Part shown: positions 43,280 through 52,341 of the stretch, piece after piece
Layout of the letters: the number at the start of each line of letters is the position of its first letter
How positions within the stretch are numbered: the stretch's first letter is position 1
Assembly: GCA_965208615.1 (NCBI GenBank)
Contig: CBDBPB010000004.1
Location: 32,001 to 96,000 of the forward strand
Direction: 5' to 3'
Source: Spirochaetota bacterium
GTDB taxonomy: Bacteria; Spirochaetota; UBA6919; CBDBPB01
DNA: 64,000 bases
The notes under the pieces: model-generated
What the model was told of the DNA's origin: nothing
Seen by the model: only the letters and a program-made list of their open reading frames with translations
Database searches by the model: none
Translations under genes and position numbers: made by a program

Positions 43280-43837
43280 ATGACAGAGTCAAATGATGTT
43301 TTATTTTTTATGAAAATAGTATATATGACATATTTAACTATTATTTTCATTTTATTTGGATGGTTTGGTTGGAGCCTTCAGAGAGAGGGTAAGCCGCCTG
43401 TTAAGTTAAAGAAGATTTTTTATAGTTGGATCATACTGCTTGTTATAATAGGTGTTGGGATTCATATAACTACTTATCTAACTCTACCTTGGATTAAGTG
43501 GGATCTAAATCGGCATGATAAGGATTTTGCTGTAGATAAAGAGTTTAAGATAAAAGTGTCTGACCATAAGTTTCATTTTCCTGATAACAAGAAGGTCCTA
43601 CATATAAATAAGGGTGATATGGTTAGGTTTGATTTAATATCTAGCGATTTGATGTATGGGTTTGGTCTTTTTAGAAAAGATGGTACTATGCTCTTTCAAA
43701 TGCAGGTTAATCCCATGAGTCGCAATGATATAGTTTGGAAGTTTGATAAAGAAGCGGTTTATACTATTAGATCTACTGAGTACTCAGGTCCAAGGGGAGG
43801 GAGTATGGTAGTGAGGGATTCAGTAATTGTTAAGTAG
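43280..43837 (+). CDS. Heme-copper oxidoreductase subunit II, cupredoxin fold lacking CuA ligands
   Basis: Two TM helices; DLMYGF and STEYSGPRGGSM replace DVxHGF and CxExCGxxHxxM. Confidence 0.85.
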   Translation: MTESNDVLFFMKIVYMTYLTIIFILFGWFGWSLQREGKPPVKLKKIFYSWIILLVIIGVGIHITTYLTLPWIKWDLNRHDKDFAVDKEFKIKVSDHKFHFPDNKKVLHINKGDMVRFDLISSDLMYGFGLFRKDGTMLFQMQVNPMSRNDIVWKFDKEAVYTIRSTEYSGPRGGSMVVRDSVIVK

Positions 43838-43875
43838 TTTCTTAGTTGATAAAAACCATTAATTATGGAGGAAAT

Positions 43876-45477
43876 ATGTTAATAACCAGAAACTTAAGTC
43901 CACTACAAAGGGTAGGCCTTCGTTTTGCTGTTGTATCCTTAGTATTTTATTTAATAACCATATTAGAGGGAATGTTAATGAGGGTACACCAAATCTCATG
44001 GGATATGTGGAGTGCAGAACATTATTACTCTATTATGACTGCCCATCCGTTAGTGGGGATATTTGGTAGTAGTTATTTATTAGTATTTGGGGCATTTTAT
44101 TTTTTAGTGCCTACTCTTATGAAAAAAGAGATATATAGCCAAAAGATGGCTGAGTTTACATGGGTCATAATGACTATTGGGGTAGCTGTGGTATGGGGGG
44201 CAGGCTTTTTCTTTAATTATGGTGCTCTTTATACTAGTTATTGGCCTTTACCTGTTGATTTTAAGCAATTTGCACCTATTGCCACTGCATCCTTTTCGGT
44301 GGGTGCGGCTTTTATAATGGTGGGGGTAATTGTATTTTGTTATAATTTATTTGCTACTGTGTTATCCCAAAAAGGTGTTGAGAATAAAAAGCCGGTTGGT
44401 AAGTTACTTATGTCTGCTTTGGGAATAGATGGCTTTATAAATATAGTTCGCAGGTTAAGGGGTAAGGAGGTTGAAGAACCATTACTTAGCCTACCTGTGG
44501 TTGCTATTTTCAGGGGTACTGTGGATACTATTTTAGACGCAGCAGTTCTTACAGCTTTTGGGGTTGTTTTTTTAGTACACGCTGTATTTTTTATGGCAAC
44601 TGGTAATATTATACCCTGGGAGTGGTTAGACCCTCTTATTGCTAAGAATGTTTTTTGGTGGGGGCTTGATTTAATTGCCGATGGGCTAGTGTTAATTTAT
44701 GTAGCTGGAACATGGTATTTATTAGCAACTTTGATTACTGGTAAAAAGTTATTTATGCAAAATATTGCAAGGGCCGCATTACTAATTGAATTAGTTGTAT
44801 CATGGAATGTATGGGGCCATCACTTATTAGCTGATCAGGGTCAGCCTAATATGATGAAGATCTTGTCTGGTGAGATGGTTACAGCATTTGAGCTAGTTAC
44901 TATGGGAATTGCTATTTTCATAACTCTAAAAACCTTATGGGATGCAAGGCCATTAAAAATGACTCCTCAGTTAATGTTTTTATTAGGGGGTATACTTGGT
45001 TTTTCTTTGGGTGTACCAGCTGGTATTATCCAAGCGGATATTGGTATGAATAGGATTTTGCATAATACTCAATGGGTAATTGGTATTCATGCTCACATGC
45101 AGTTATTAGCTGGGCTTGGAATGACATTATATGCCGCTCTTTATGCTCTTTGGCCTTTATTGACTAATGATGTTAAGATAAAGTATCCATTTTTAACGGT
45201 CTTCCATTTTTGGGGTCATTTAATTGGATCTATTGGTATGGCTATAGCAATGGGTTATGCTGGTATGAATGGAATGTTAAGAAGGCATAATTATGTTGGT
45301 GACTCTACTTTTAGCACTGAGTTATGGCTTACCTTATTTTTTGGTATTTTAATGGTATTGTCATTTTTGGCAATGTTGTTTAATTTAGTTAGTTCCATGG
45401 GGCTTAGGGGAACTATTGAAATCTTCATAAAACTACCCGGAAGAATAAAAGAACAAGTAGCTCCATCAAAAAGCTAA
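43876..45477 (+). CDS. Heme-copper superfamily subunit I, gNOR-type putative nitric oxide reductase
   Basis: Polytopic membrane protein; TAHP, VWGHH and IHAH His ligands; helix VI reads WWGLDLIAD instead of WxxGHPxVY; GGAGG RBS before ATG 43876. Confidence 0.82.
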   Translation: MLITRNLSPLQRVGLRFAVVSLVFYLITILEGMLMRVHQISWDMWSAEHYYSIMTAHPLVGIFGSSYLLVFGAFYFLVPTLMKKEIYSQKMAEFTWVIMTIGVAVVWGAGFFFNYGALYTSYWPLPVDFKQFAPIATASFSVGAAFIMVGVIVFCYNLFATVLSQKGVENKKPVGKLLMSALGIDGFINIVRRLRGKEVEEPLLSLPVVAIFRGTVDTILDAAVLTAFGVVFLVHAVFFMATGNIIPWEWLDPLIAKNVFWWGLDLIADGLVLIYVAGTWYLLATLITGKKLFMQNIARAALLIELVVSWNVWGHHLLADQGQPNMMKILSGEMVTAFELVTMGIAIFITLKTLWDARPLKMTPQLMFLLGGILGFSLGVPAGIIQADIGMNRILHNTQWVIGIHAHMQLLAGLGMTLYAALYALWPLLTNDVKIKYPFLTVFHFWGHLIGSIGMAIAMGYAGMNGMLRRHNYVGDSTFSTELWLTLFFGILMVLSFLAMLFNLVSSMGLRGTIEIFIKLPGRIKEQVAPSKS

Positions 45478-45509
45478 CTTTACTTTAATAGCCAGTAACA
45501 TTAATTTTG

Positions 45510-46106
45510 TTATTGGCTATTAATATCACAAACAGAGTTAAAATTAACAAAGTGATTTTTTGTATTTTTATCAGGATAAACAATTTTCGTTTTACCCAAT
45601 GATAGAATATATTTTAAGCTATGATTTTTCACTCTATTATTCATTAACCTTGTTATACACCTTAACCCCTGCGTACTATACAAAGCACAAAGAGGTTCTA
45701 GTTGTTTATTATTTTGATATACATAAAAGTCATAGTTATTTTTGATTGAGTTTTTATAAAGAGTTTTAAGGGTATCGCTTTTCATATTTATCATATCGCA
45801 GGCAAGGACTAATAAATCTTTATTAGGAAACGTATTATGAACACTTAATATACCTCTTAAGGGGCCGTTAACGTTTACTGAGTCAACTATCAACTGGTTA
45901 TCGGGGAATATAGTCTTATATTTACTTAGTTGGCTTTGATTAATGGATATAACGCTTGTAGGAGTTATATTATCTAGTACATTTTTTATTATTTGAGCCC
46001 ATAATAGCTTATTATGCTTTATAAGTCCTTTATCAAAGCCCATTCGCTTACTAAGGCCTCCACACATAACAACGCCTATTATATTACTTCCAATTAGTTG
46101 TTCCAT
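45510..46106 (-). CDS. mobA: Molybdenum cofactor guanylyltransferase
   Basis: CGGLSKRMGFDKG, GPLRGI, LACDM, EPLCALY. Confidence 0.92.
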   Translation of the reverse strand: MEQLIGSNIIGVVMCGGLSKRMGFDKGLIKHNKLLWAQIIKNVLDNITPTSVISINQSQLSKYKTIFPDNQLIVDSVNVNGPLRGILSVHNTFPNKDLLVLACDMINMKSDTLKTLYKNSIKNNYDFYVYQNNKQLEPLCALYSTQGLRCITRLMNNRVKNHSLKYILSLGKTKIVYPDKNTKNHFVNFNSVCDINSQ

Positions 46107-46497
46107 CACTAAAGAACTCTTTTTTCCATATAGGTACATCTTCTTTTAAAGTGTTTATTATAAACTGATTCGCTTCATAAGCCTCTTTTCTGTGGGATGA
46201 GCCGGTAACTATACAAACAGAGCATTCACCGGGATTAACCTTGCCAATCCTGTGTATACATATTGCATTATGCAAGTTCCATTTTTGTTTAGCTTTATCG
46301 CATATTTCTTTTATCATTTTTTCTGCCATAGGTATATGAGCCTCATATTCTATATAGTCTACAGCTTTATTATTGTGATGATTTCTAACATCTCCGCTAA
46401 AAAGTACTATAGCACCAGTTTTTATATTGTGTGTACTATTTAATATGTCTGATAGGTTAATGGATTCATTGCTAATAATTTTCATATTTTCAACCAT
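46084..46497 (-). CDS. moaE: Molybdopterin synthase large subunit
   Basis: GAIVLFSGDVR, YEAH, HRIG, PIWKKE. Confidence 0.95.
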   Translation of the reverse strand: MVENMKIISNESINLSDILNSTHNIKTGAIVLFSGDVRNHHNNKAVDYIEYEAHIPMAEKMIKEICDKAKQKWNLHNAICIHRIGKVNPGECSVCIVTGSSHRKEAYEANQFIINTLKEDVPIWKKEFFSDGTTNWK

Positions 46498-46505
46498 GTT
46501 ATAAT

Positions 46506-46748
46506 TTATCCACCGCTAGACGGTGGGAATAGAAATATAGTCTCACTATTTTTTAGGATATAATCCTCATTTATAAACTCGTTATTAACGGCCATTTTAG
46601 ATACTGATAATACACCTTTTGAGTCGGGATTTATTTTAATTAGTTTATTTTTTAGTTCTTCCACATTAGCATTTTCTGATATATTAATCGTTAATTTATC
46701 TTTAAAGAACTCTTTTAACTTAGCGTATACATGTACATTAACTTGCAA
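46506..46748 (-). CDS. moaD: Molybdopterin synthase sulfur carrier
   Basis: AVNNEF; C-terminal PPSSGG. Confidence 0.93.
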   Translation of the reverse strand: MQVNVHVYAKLKEFFKDKLTINISENANVEELKNKLIKINPDSKGVLSVSKMAVNNEFINEDYILKNSETIFLFPPSSGG

Positions 46749-46749
46749 T

Positions 46750-47706
46750 CTACCCCCCTATTGCTTTCATAGATAGCGAACTACCTAAAAACTTATTTCT
46801 CTGTTTTTGGTGTAGTGCCTTTGTCAATAGTGATCTTAACACATCCTCATCTTTAATATTTAGTATTGGAAAACCAATATTACTGCTAATACAACCGTAT
46901 AACACACCTTGTTTATCCATACGTAGTCTATTGCAGTCATGGCAAAAGGGTGAGGAGTAATTAGCTATAATACCAAAAGTTATATTATTATTTGTTAGAT
47001 AATAAGTGGCTGTAGATGACTTATCCCGTTTAAGCTCAGTAGAAGGATATTCTTTATTTATAACATCAAGTATTTCTTGTTTAGAAAAGAGATAGTTATT
47101 AAAGTTATTAAATAGGTGACCCATTTTCATAACTTCTAAGAAGCGTACAATAATTCCATAGTTCTTAGCATATTTTAGTATGGGCATAATTTGGCACTCA
47201 TTAATATTTTTTATTATTGTACAGTTAATCTTAACAGATATACCATTATTAACAGCACACTCTATCCCAGACAGGACGTTATCAAGACAATTTTTCTTAG
47301 TAATCTTAGAGAATATATTATGATCAACAGCATCCATGGATATATTAATGGAGTTGAGTCCTGCTTTTTTTAGTTTGGGGATAATATTAACAAGGTTAGT
47401 AGCATTAGTGGTCATACTGACATTTTTTATACCCAATTGTTTAACGGCTGAAATAAGAGGGATAATATCCTTATACAGTATAGGTTCACCACCGGTTAGT
47501 CTAACTGTTTTAAGCTTAGTTAGTTTATGTATTTTTGATATAGCCTTTACATAGTCTTTATATGGAAGATAAGATTTATTATTTAGCTTATTATCTTTAT
47601 CAGATGGATCACAATATAGGCATGATAGATTACAGTTATTAGTTAGGCTAAGTCTAAGAGTTTTGAACTGTCTATTAAGGTCATCCACGATCATAGAGGC
47701 CTCCAT
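46750..47706 (-). CDS. moaA: GTP 3',8-cyclase
   Basis: CNLSCLYC, TGGEP, FCHDCNRLR...C, C-terminal IGG. Confidence 0.95.
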   Translation of the reverse strand: MEASMIVDDLNRQFKTLRLSLTNNCNLSCLYCDPSDKDNKLNNKSYLPYKDYVKAISKIHKLTKLKTVRLTGGEPILYKDIIPLISAVKQLGIKNVSMTTNATNLVNIIPKLKKAGLNSINISMDAVDHNIFSKITKKNCLDNVLSGIECAVNNGISVKINCTIIKNINECQIMPILKYAKNYGIIVRFLEVMKMGHLFNNFNNYLFSKQEILDVINKEYPSTELKRDKSSTATYYLTNNNITFGIIANYSSPFCHDCNRLRMDKQGVLYGCISSNIGFPILNIKDEDVLRSLLTKALHQKQRNKFLGSSLSMKAIGG

Positions 47707-48887
47707 GGATAGAACTCTATTATAGAGTTTTCTTTTATGGCATTAATATTATGTGGATGCTTAGCTAAGCCATCGGAGTTTAGGGTGGATAACACATCTC
47801 CACTACCTTTAAAGCTAATTACCTCAATAGAAGACGGTTTATTTATAATACGGCATGGGAAGTACTCTTCACGATCACCTTTTTTAGTACGACTGGATAT
47901 AATGGGTAGATATAGGGTTTTAAGTTCTGTTAGATGCATATACTCTCTAATATACGCTTCAATAAAGAGCTTAAACCCGACTTGGCATGACATATTATTA
48001 CCAGGTAGTCCAAATACAACACCTCCCTGTGGGTTAGTACCAAACCATATAGGCTTACCAGGCTTAACTTTAACCTTATGAAATACCTTTTCTATCTTCA
48101 TTTGTGATAATATATCTGGAATGAGGTCTACATCACCCATGGATACGCCGCCTGATATAATTAGTATATCGGATAGTAGGCCTAGTTCAATGGAATTAGT
48201 CAGTTCCTCTTTGTTATCCTTTACTATACCAGAGAATTGGGGAGTAATATCGTAATTAGCCAATAAACTCCTTATTGTATATGAATTTGAATCCCTAATT
48301 TGATGGCTTAGAGGAATACTATCTGGACTTACTATCTCATCCCCTGTTGATATTATACTAACAGTCGGTTTGGGGTATACTTTTACGTTATGATGCCCTG
48401 TACTAGCCAATAGGCTTATTACAGCAGTATTACAAAGGGTATTCTCTTTTATAACGAGTTTATCCTTAAGACAGTCCTCACCTTCTTTAGCAATGTTTAA
48501 CCCTGATTTTATGTTAGTTAAACTAAATCTGACCTTGCCGTTATGTTCAGTGCTATCCTCTACTTTTATGACTGAGTCAATATCATTAGGTAATGGGGCT
48601 CCAGTCATAACTTTTATACACGATCCAGATGGTATGGGCTGATCAAAGGTTTGTCCAGCTTGCAGATGGCCTATAACGTTAAATTCATTTATTTGCTTTT
48701 CGTTAATATCACTTGCTGAAAGACCGTATCCATCCATAGTAATTCTGTTAAAGGGTGGATAATCTCTATCGGCAAAGATATTCTGAGATATTGCCAGACT
48801 TTTAATATCGGTTATTGATTTTTTTATAGGACGATTTGGTCTTATTGTTGATAGAATTAATTTTTGTGCATCAGAAACGTTTATCAT
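47691..48887 (-). CDS. moeA: Molybdopterin molybdenumtransferase
   Basis: MDGYG, MTGAP, STGDEI, SGGVSMGD, GLPGN; ATG 48887 follows AGGAG. Confidence 0.95.
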   Translation of the reverse strand: MINVSDAQKLILSTIRPNRPIKKSITDIKSLAISQNIFADRDYPPFNRITMDGYGLSASDINEKQINEFNVIGHLQAGQTFDQPIPSGSCIKVMTGAPLPNDIDSVIKVEDSTEHNGKVRFSLTNIKSGLNIAKEGEDCLKDKLVIKENTLCNTAVISLLASTGHHNVKVYPKPTVSIISTGDEIVSPDSIPLSHQIRDSNSYTIRSLLANYDITPQFSGIVKDNKEELTNSIELGLLSDILIISGGVSMGDVDLIPDILSQMKIEKVFHKVKVKPGKPIWFGTNPQGGVVFGLPGNNMSCQVGFKLFIEAYIREYMHLTELKTLYLPIISSRTKKGDREEYFPCRIINKPSSIEVISFKGSGDVLSTLNSDGLAKHPHNINAIKENSIIEFYPWRPL

Positions 48888-48890
48888 AAA

Positions 48891-48990
48891 GGACTCCTTT
48901 TCAAGTATGGAAGGCATACTTATTTATAAGTATACCCTATCGTCTACCATGCCATAGAGTTAATCCTTAGGCATCGCAGATCGGAGTAGT
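48891..48990 (-). promoter_or_regulatory. Moco RNA motif (riboswitch candidate), P3-less form
   Basis: ACUCC/GGAGU P1 covering the RBS; AUGCC-UAAGG...UAU-GGCAU P2; GGUAUACUUA/UAAGUAUGCC P4; UUCCAUACUUGAAAAGGAG 3' end; upstream of moeA. Confidence 0.85.
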
Positions 48991-49015
48991 TATTTTAGTT
49001 ATAAGTTAAAAATTA

Positions 49016-49924
49016 TTAATGGCCTTCCCCTATTAGCATTTTCCTAGCATGAAATACTCCCGGTAATATAGCCTCTAATCCCTCTCTTGCTCCGTTAGAG
49101 CTACCGGGTAGAGTTATTATTAATGTATTTGCAACACTGCCACTAATTGACCTGGACAGCATAGCAAGGGGAGTTCTCATACCGCCGTAAGTTCGTATTG
49201 CTTCACTTATACCATTGGCATCTCGTTCTATAATATTTTTAATAGTATCAACGGTTTTATCTCTTGGACCAAGTCCAGTACCGCCAGTGGTGAATATAAA
49301 GTGTATATCATCTTTTATCCAGTTTTTTATTTGCTGTTCTATTAAGTTTGGTTCATCAGCTACAATTTGATAGTCTACTACGTCTATTTCGTATTTGGAC
49401 AGCATTTCCTTAATGATTAAACCAGATTTATCTTTTCTGGTACCTTTAGCAGTAGAGTCTGAGCATACTAATATGGCGGCTTTAGTACCAGACTTTATTT
49501 TAAGCTTTTTATCTGTTCTACCACCTGTTTTACCTATTAGTTTTATGGATGTAATTTCCATATTTTTATCAATGGGTTTTAGTAGGTCGTATATGGTTAA
49601 CGTACAGGCCGATACAGCTGATAATACTTCCATCTCTATACCAGTACGCCCAATAGATTTACCTTCTACACTTACTATTACTTCACCTATGTCGTTTAGG
49701 TCAAAGTTTATATCCATAGAGTCAATAGACACAGGGTGACAATGTGGTATAAGGTTTGAGGTGTTTTTGGATGCTAATAGTCCTGCCGCTTTAGCTATGT
49801 TTAGTAGATCACCTTTAGGCAGAGACTTATTTTTTATTTTACTTATTGTATCACTTGAGCAAATTACTTTACCGGTGGCTTTAGCGGTTCTTAGGCTAAT
49901 TTGTTTTTTAGTTATATCAATCAT
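49016..49924 (-). CDS. moaCB: Fused MoaC-MoaB/MogA protein
   Basis: LIPHCHP, TGIEME; TTGGTGLGPRD, TLPGS. Confidence 0.93.
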   Translation of the reverse strand: MIDITKKQISLRTAKATGKVICSSDTISKIKNKSLPKGDLLNIAKAAGLLASKNTSNLIPHCHPVSIDSMDINFDLNDIGEVIVSVEGKSIGRTGIEMEVLSAVSACTLTIYDLLKPIDKNMEITSIKLIGKTGGRTDKKLKIKSGTKAAILVCSDSTAKGTRKDKSGLIIKEMLSKYEIDVVDYQIVADEPNLIEQQIKNWIKDDIHFIFTTGGTGLGPRDKTVDTIKNIIERDANGISEAIRTYGGMRTPLAMLSRSISGSVANTLIITLPGSSNGAREGLEAILPGVFHARKMLIGEGH

Positions 49925-50127
49925 TTTTCTTTGGTCTATTTAGATAGTTATAATATTTTTTATTTTAGGATAGTAATCTATAGTCAAATCTAAAAGAAAG
50001 ATAATATATACTACATGAAATGGCAAATAAAAAACTTATAAAGTTTAAAGAAATCATAGGTATGAGTTCTATGATCATTTTAACAATATTGTTATTAAAG
50101 GTTCTATTGTATTATTATAAAAGCGTT

Positions 50128-50871
50128 CTAAAATAAGTTTTGAGTAATTTTAGGAAATAAGGTTATTTCAGGTATTTGATTATAATATTTACCATCGAGC
50201 TCTCTACCAGCAAGTTTTTTATTTACACCACCCCATTGTTTAAAGAAAAAAGGTATTCTTTGCTTTAAACAATGATCCCGGATATTTCTTATCCATTTGG
50301 CATTTATAGGTCGAGCTTTAGGTCCGGATTCACCACCAACAATTATCCATCCAATATTATTTAAATCAATTTTATTAACTAGACCAAGGAGCGGTTCAAA
50401 CGATATAAATTTTAGTTTTGCACCTGTCTTTCTTAAGTAATCAATACGACTTATGTATTTTTCATTTTCAACACTTACACCCATCCATATATTATTACTC
50501 CAATTTAATTTATGCGATAACTTAGCAAGCCTATCAGGTCGTTTGGTTAAAAGCTGAAATATGTGCCAATTAGCTTCATTCATAGTTTTGAAAACTTTAA
50601 AGATAAAGTCATCTGAAACACTATCATGGAATAAATCGCTCATAGAATTAACAAAAATTATTTTTGATTTCCTCCATTTAAACGGAGAACTTAACATATG
50701 TTCATGAGTAGTTAACTTAAAACCGTTATAATACTTCTTTTGTCCCATGGCTTTTAATCTATTAGCCATACGTTCTGCATAGCAATTTCTACAACCTTCG
50801 CTAACCTTATCACACCCAGTAACTGGGTTCCAACTTGACTTAGTCCATTCTATGCTATAAGTTAAAGCCAT
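50128..50871 (-). CDS. DUF5131 / phage Gp37Gp68-family three-Cys protein
   Basis: IEWT..SWNPVTGCDKVSEGCRNCYA, VNSMSDLFH, GGESG, FFFKQWG. Confidence 0.92.
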   Translation of the reverse strand: MALTYSIEWTKSSWNPVTGCDKVSEGCRNCYAERMANRLKAMGQKKYYNGFKLTTHEHMLSSPFKWRKSKIIFVNSMSDLFHDSVSDDFIFKVFKTMNEANWHIFQLLTKRPDRLAKLSHKLNWSNNIWMGVSVENEKYISRIDYLRKTGAKLKFISFEPLLGLVNKIDLNNIGWIIVGGESGPKARPINAKWIRNIRDHCLKQRIPFFFKQWGGVNKKLAGRELDGKYYNQIPEITLFPKITQNLF

Positions 50872-50876
50872 AATTA

Positions 50877-51330
50877 TTACCCTTTATATTTAATTACTGG
50901 CAAATCTTTATTCCAATTACCATAATTTGCAAGTATTTTTTTTATCTTTAATATAGTTTTGCTAAAGCCTTTTTTACAATATTCATAATTTTTAGACCAT
51001 TTAGAAGGATCAAAAATTACTGGCTGTCTAAACTCTTTCACTCTACCAACAATACCATCATTACTATACTCCCAAATTAAATTGTTCATTAGGATCATCC
51101 CTAGTAAATGTTTTGCAAGGAAAAACAAAGCATTTTTCTGTCCCCCACTATCTATACAAATCGACCTAACATACTTTAAACTAAGATATTATAGCAAACC
51201 TATTCGTATTTCTTCATTAAAATCGTTAATATCGCTATAGTCTATACATCCTTTATTTGTAAGATCATTCAAAAACTTCTTTAATTTTCCAGTAAGATTT
51301 TCATTAGCAAAACGATAACTGTGAAATGTA
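50877..51330 (-). pseudogene. 3' half of a probable three-Cys-motif partner (TcmP-like) gene, truncated by the element, with an internal stop
   Basis: Frame from 51329 reads TFHSYRF...IGLL*YLSLKYVRSICID...ALFFLAKHLLG...; directly upstream of DUF5131. Confidence 0.65.
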
Positions 51331-51331
51331 T

Positions 51332-51466
51332 TGTTAGTAATTGTTCTAGAGGTGTAGACCAAAAGTATTCTAAGTTAGTTTATCTTTTTAAACTTCCTAA
51401 AGTGCAGTTAGTAATTGTTCTAGAGGTGTAGAGCAAAAGTATTCTAAGTTAGTTTATCTTTTTAAA
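51332..51466 (+). repeat. 74-bp unit x1.8
   Basis: Units start at 51332 and 51406; same sequence as the 59067 array. Confidence 0.93.
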
Positions 51467-52139
51467 GCTTAAAAAACACAGATTATGAAGTTATAGAAAG
51501 TGTTCTGATGAAAGTAAAAAGGTTGTTGACAATGGGGATAAATATAAACGTGTAGGTTTAGACTTTGAGTTAGTGTTGGTAAGCATATTTATTTTTTTGT
51601 TATAATGTTAAGGGGATATTATTTAATAATTTAGTTATCATTTTATGATAGAGTTATGACTAGTCATACAGGGTAAAAAGGCAATACATATAACGTAAAG
51701 GGAAGTGAATTCCAGATTTCTTTATGGAACAGGAAAGTTAAGATATTCATGGAAAAGCTATTTTCTTGTGTCAAGCAGGTTATCCCTTTATGCTCTTTAA
51801 GTGCTGTTTAAATGCCTTAGCAATGAACACAAAATATCACTTTTTATGCAAGTAGTCATCACTACGAGAGCTATTAAGAATCCCTTACTGAGACTAAGAA
51901 TTATAGACCTTTATTAAGTGATAACGGATTTGCCGTTCCATAAAAGCTTAGAGGGGATTATTGGAATATTCTATATTGACTTTATGTGTAATTTTCTATG
52001 TGAATTAAAAATAATAAGATAGTTTATCCCTATAAAAGTTCATAAGCATAGAGCCTCTTTACAATAACATACTAAAACTTTCTCTAACAAAATCGCCCAA
52101 TAAAACCTTTTTTGTTATATTTGCTAAAACGTTTGTTAA
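51332..52139 (+). mobile_element. Copy 2 of the non-coding element (1.8 terminal units, core, right end lacking final CA)
   Basis: Starts TGTTAGTAATTGTTCTAG; 51609-51991 nearly identical to 60281-60662; 52063-52139 matches 60713-60788. Confidence 0.85.
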
Positions 52140-52341
52140 TGGATTTTATTATATATTGGCATAATAATTATATTTAAATACTAACAAAATACTATTTTTT
52201 TATAATTTTATTGCTTTATCATTTTTTTTAACCTTAAAAGTTTATAACTTTTAAATATACTCTAGTTTTTACAACCATATTAATGCTTTTACTTGAATAA
52301 TATAGTTTAAGCATAATAAATACTATATAGGAAATTTAATT

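Noticed and set aside
43280-45477. Ordinary cytochrome c oxidase
   Set aside because: Lacks the HPxVY motif and the CuA ligands.
50128-50871. Prophage suggested by the Gp37Gp68-family gene
   Set aside because: No other phage genes; the family is common in non-phage islands.
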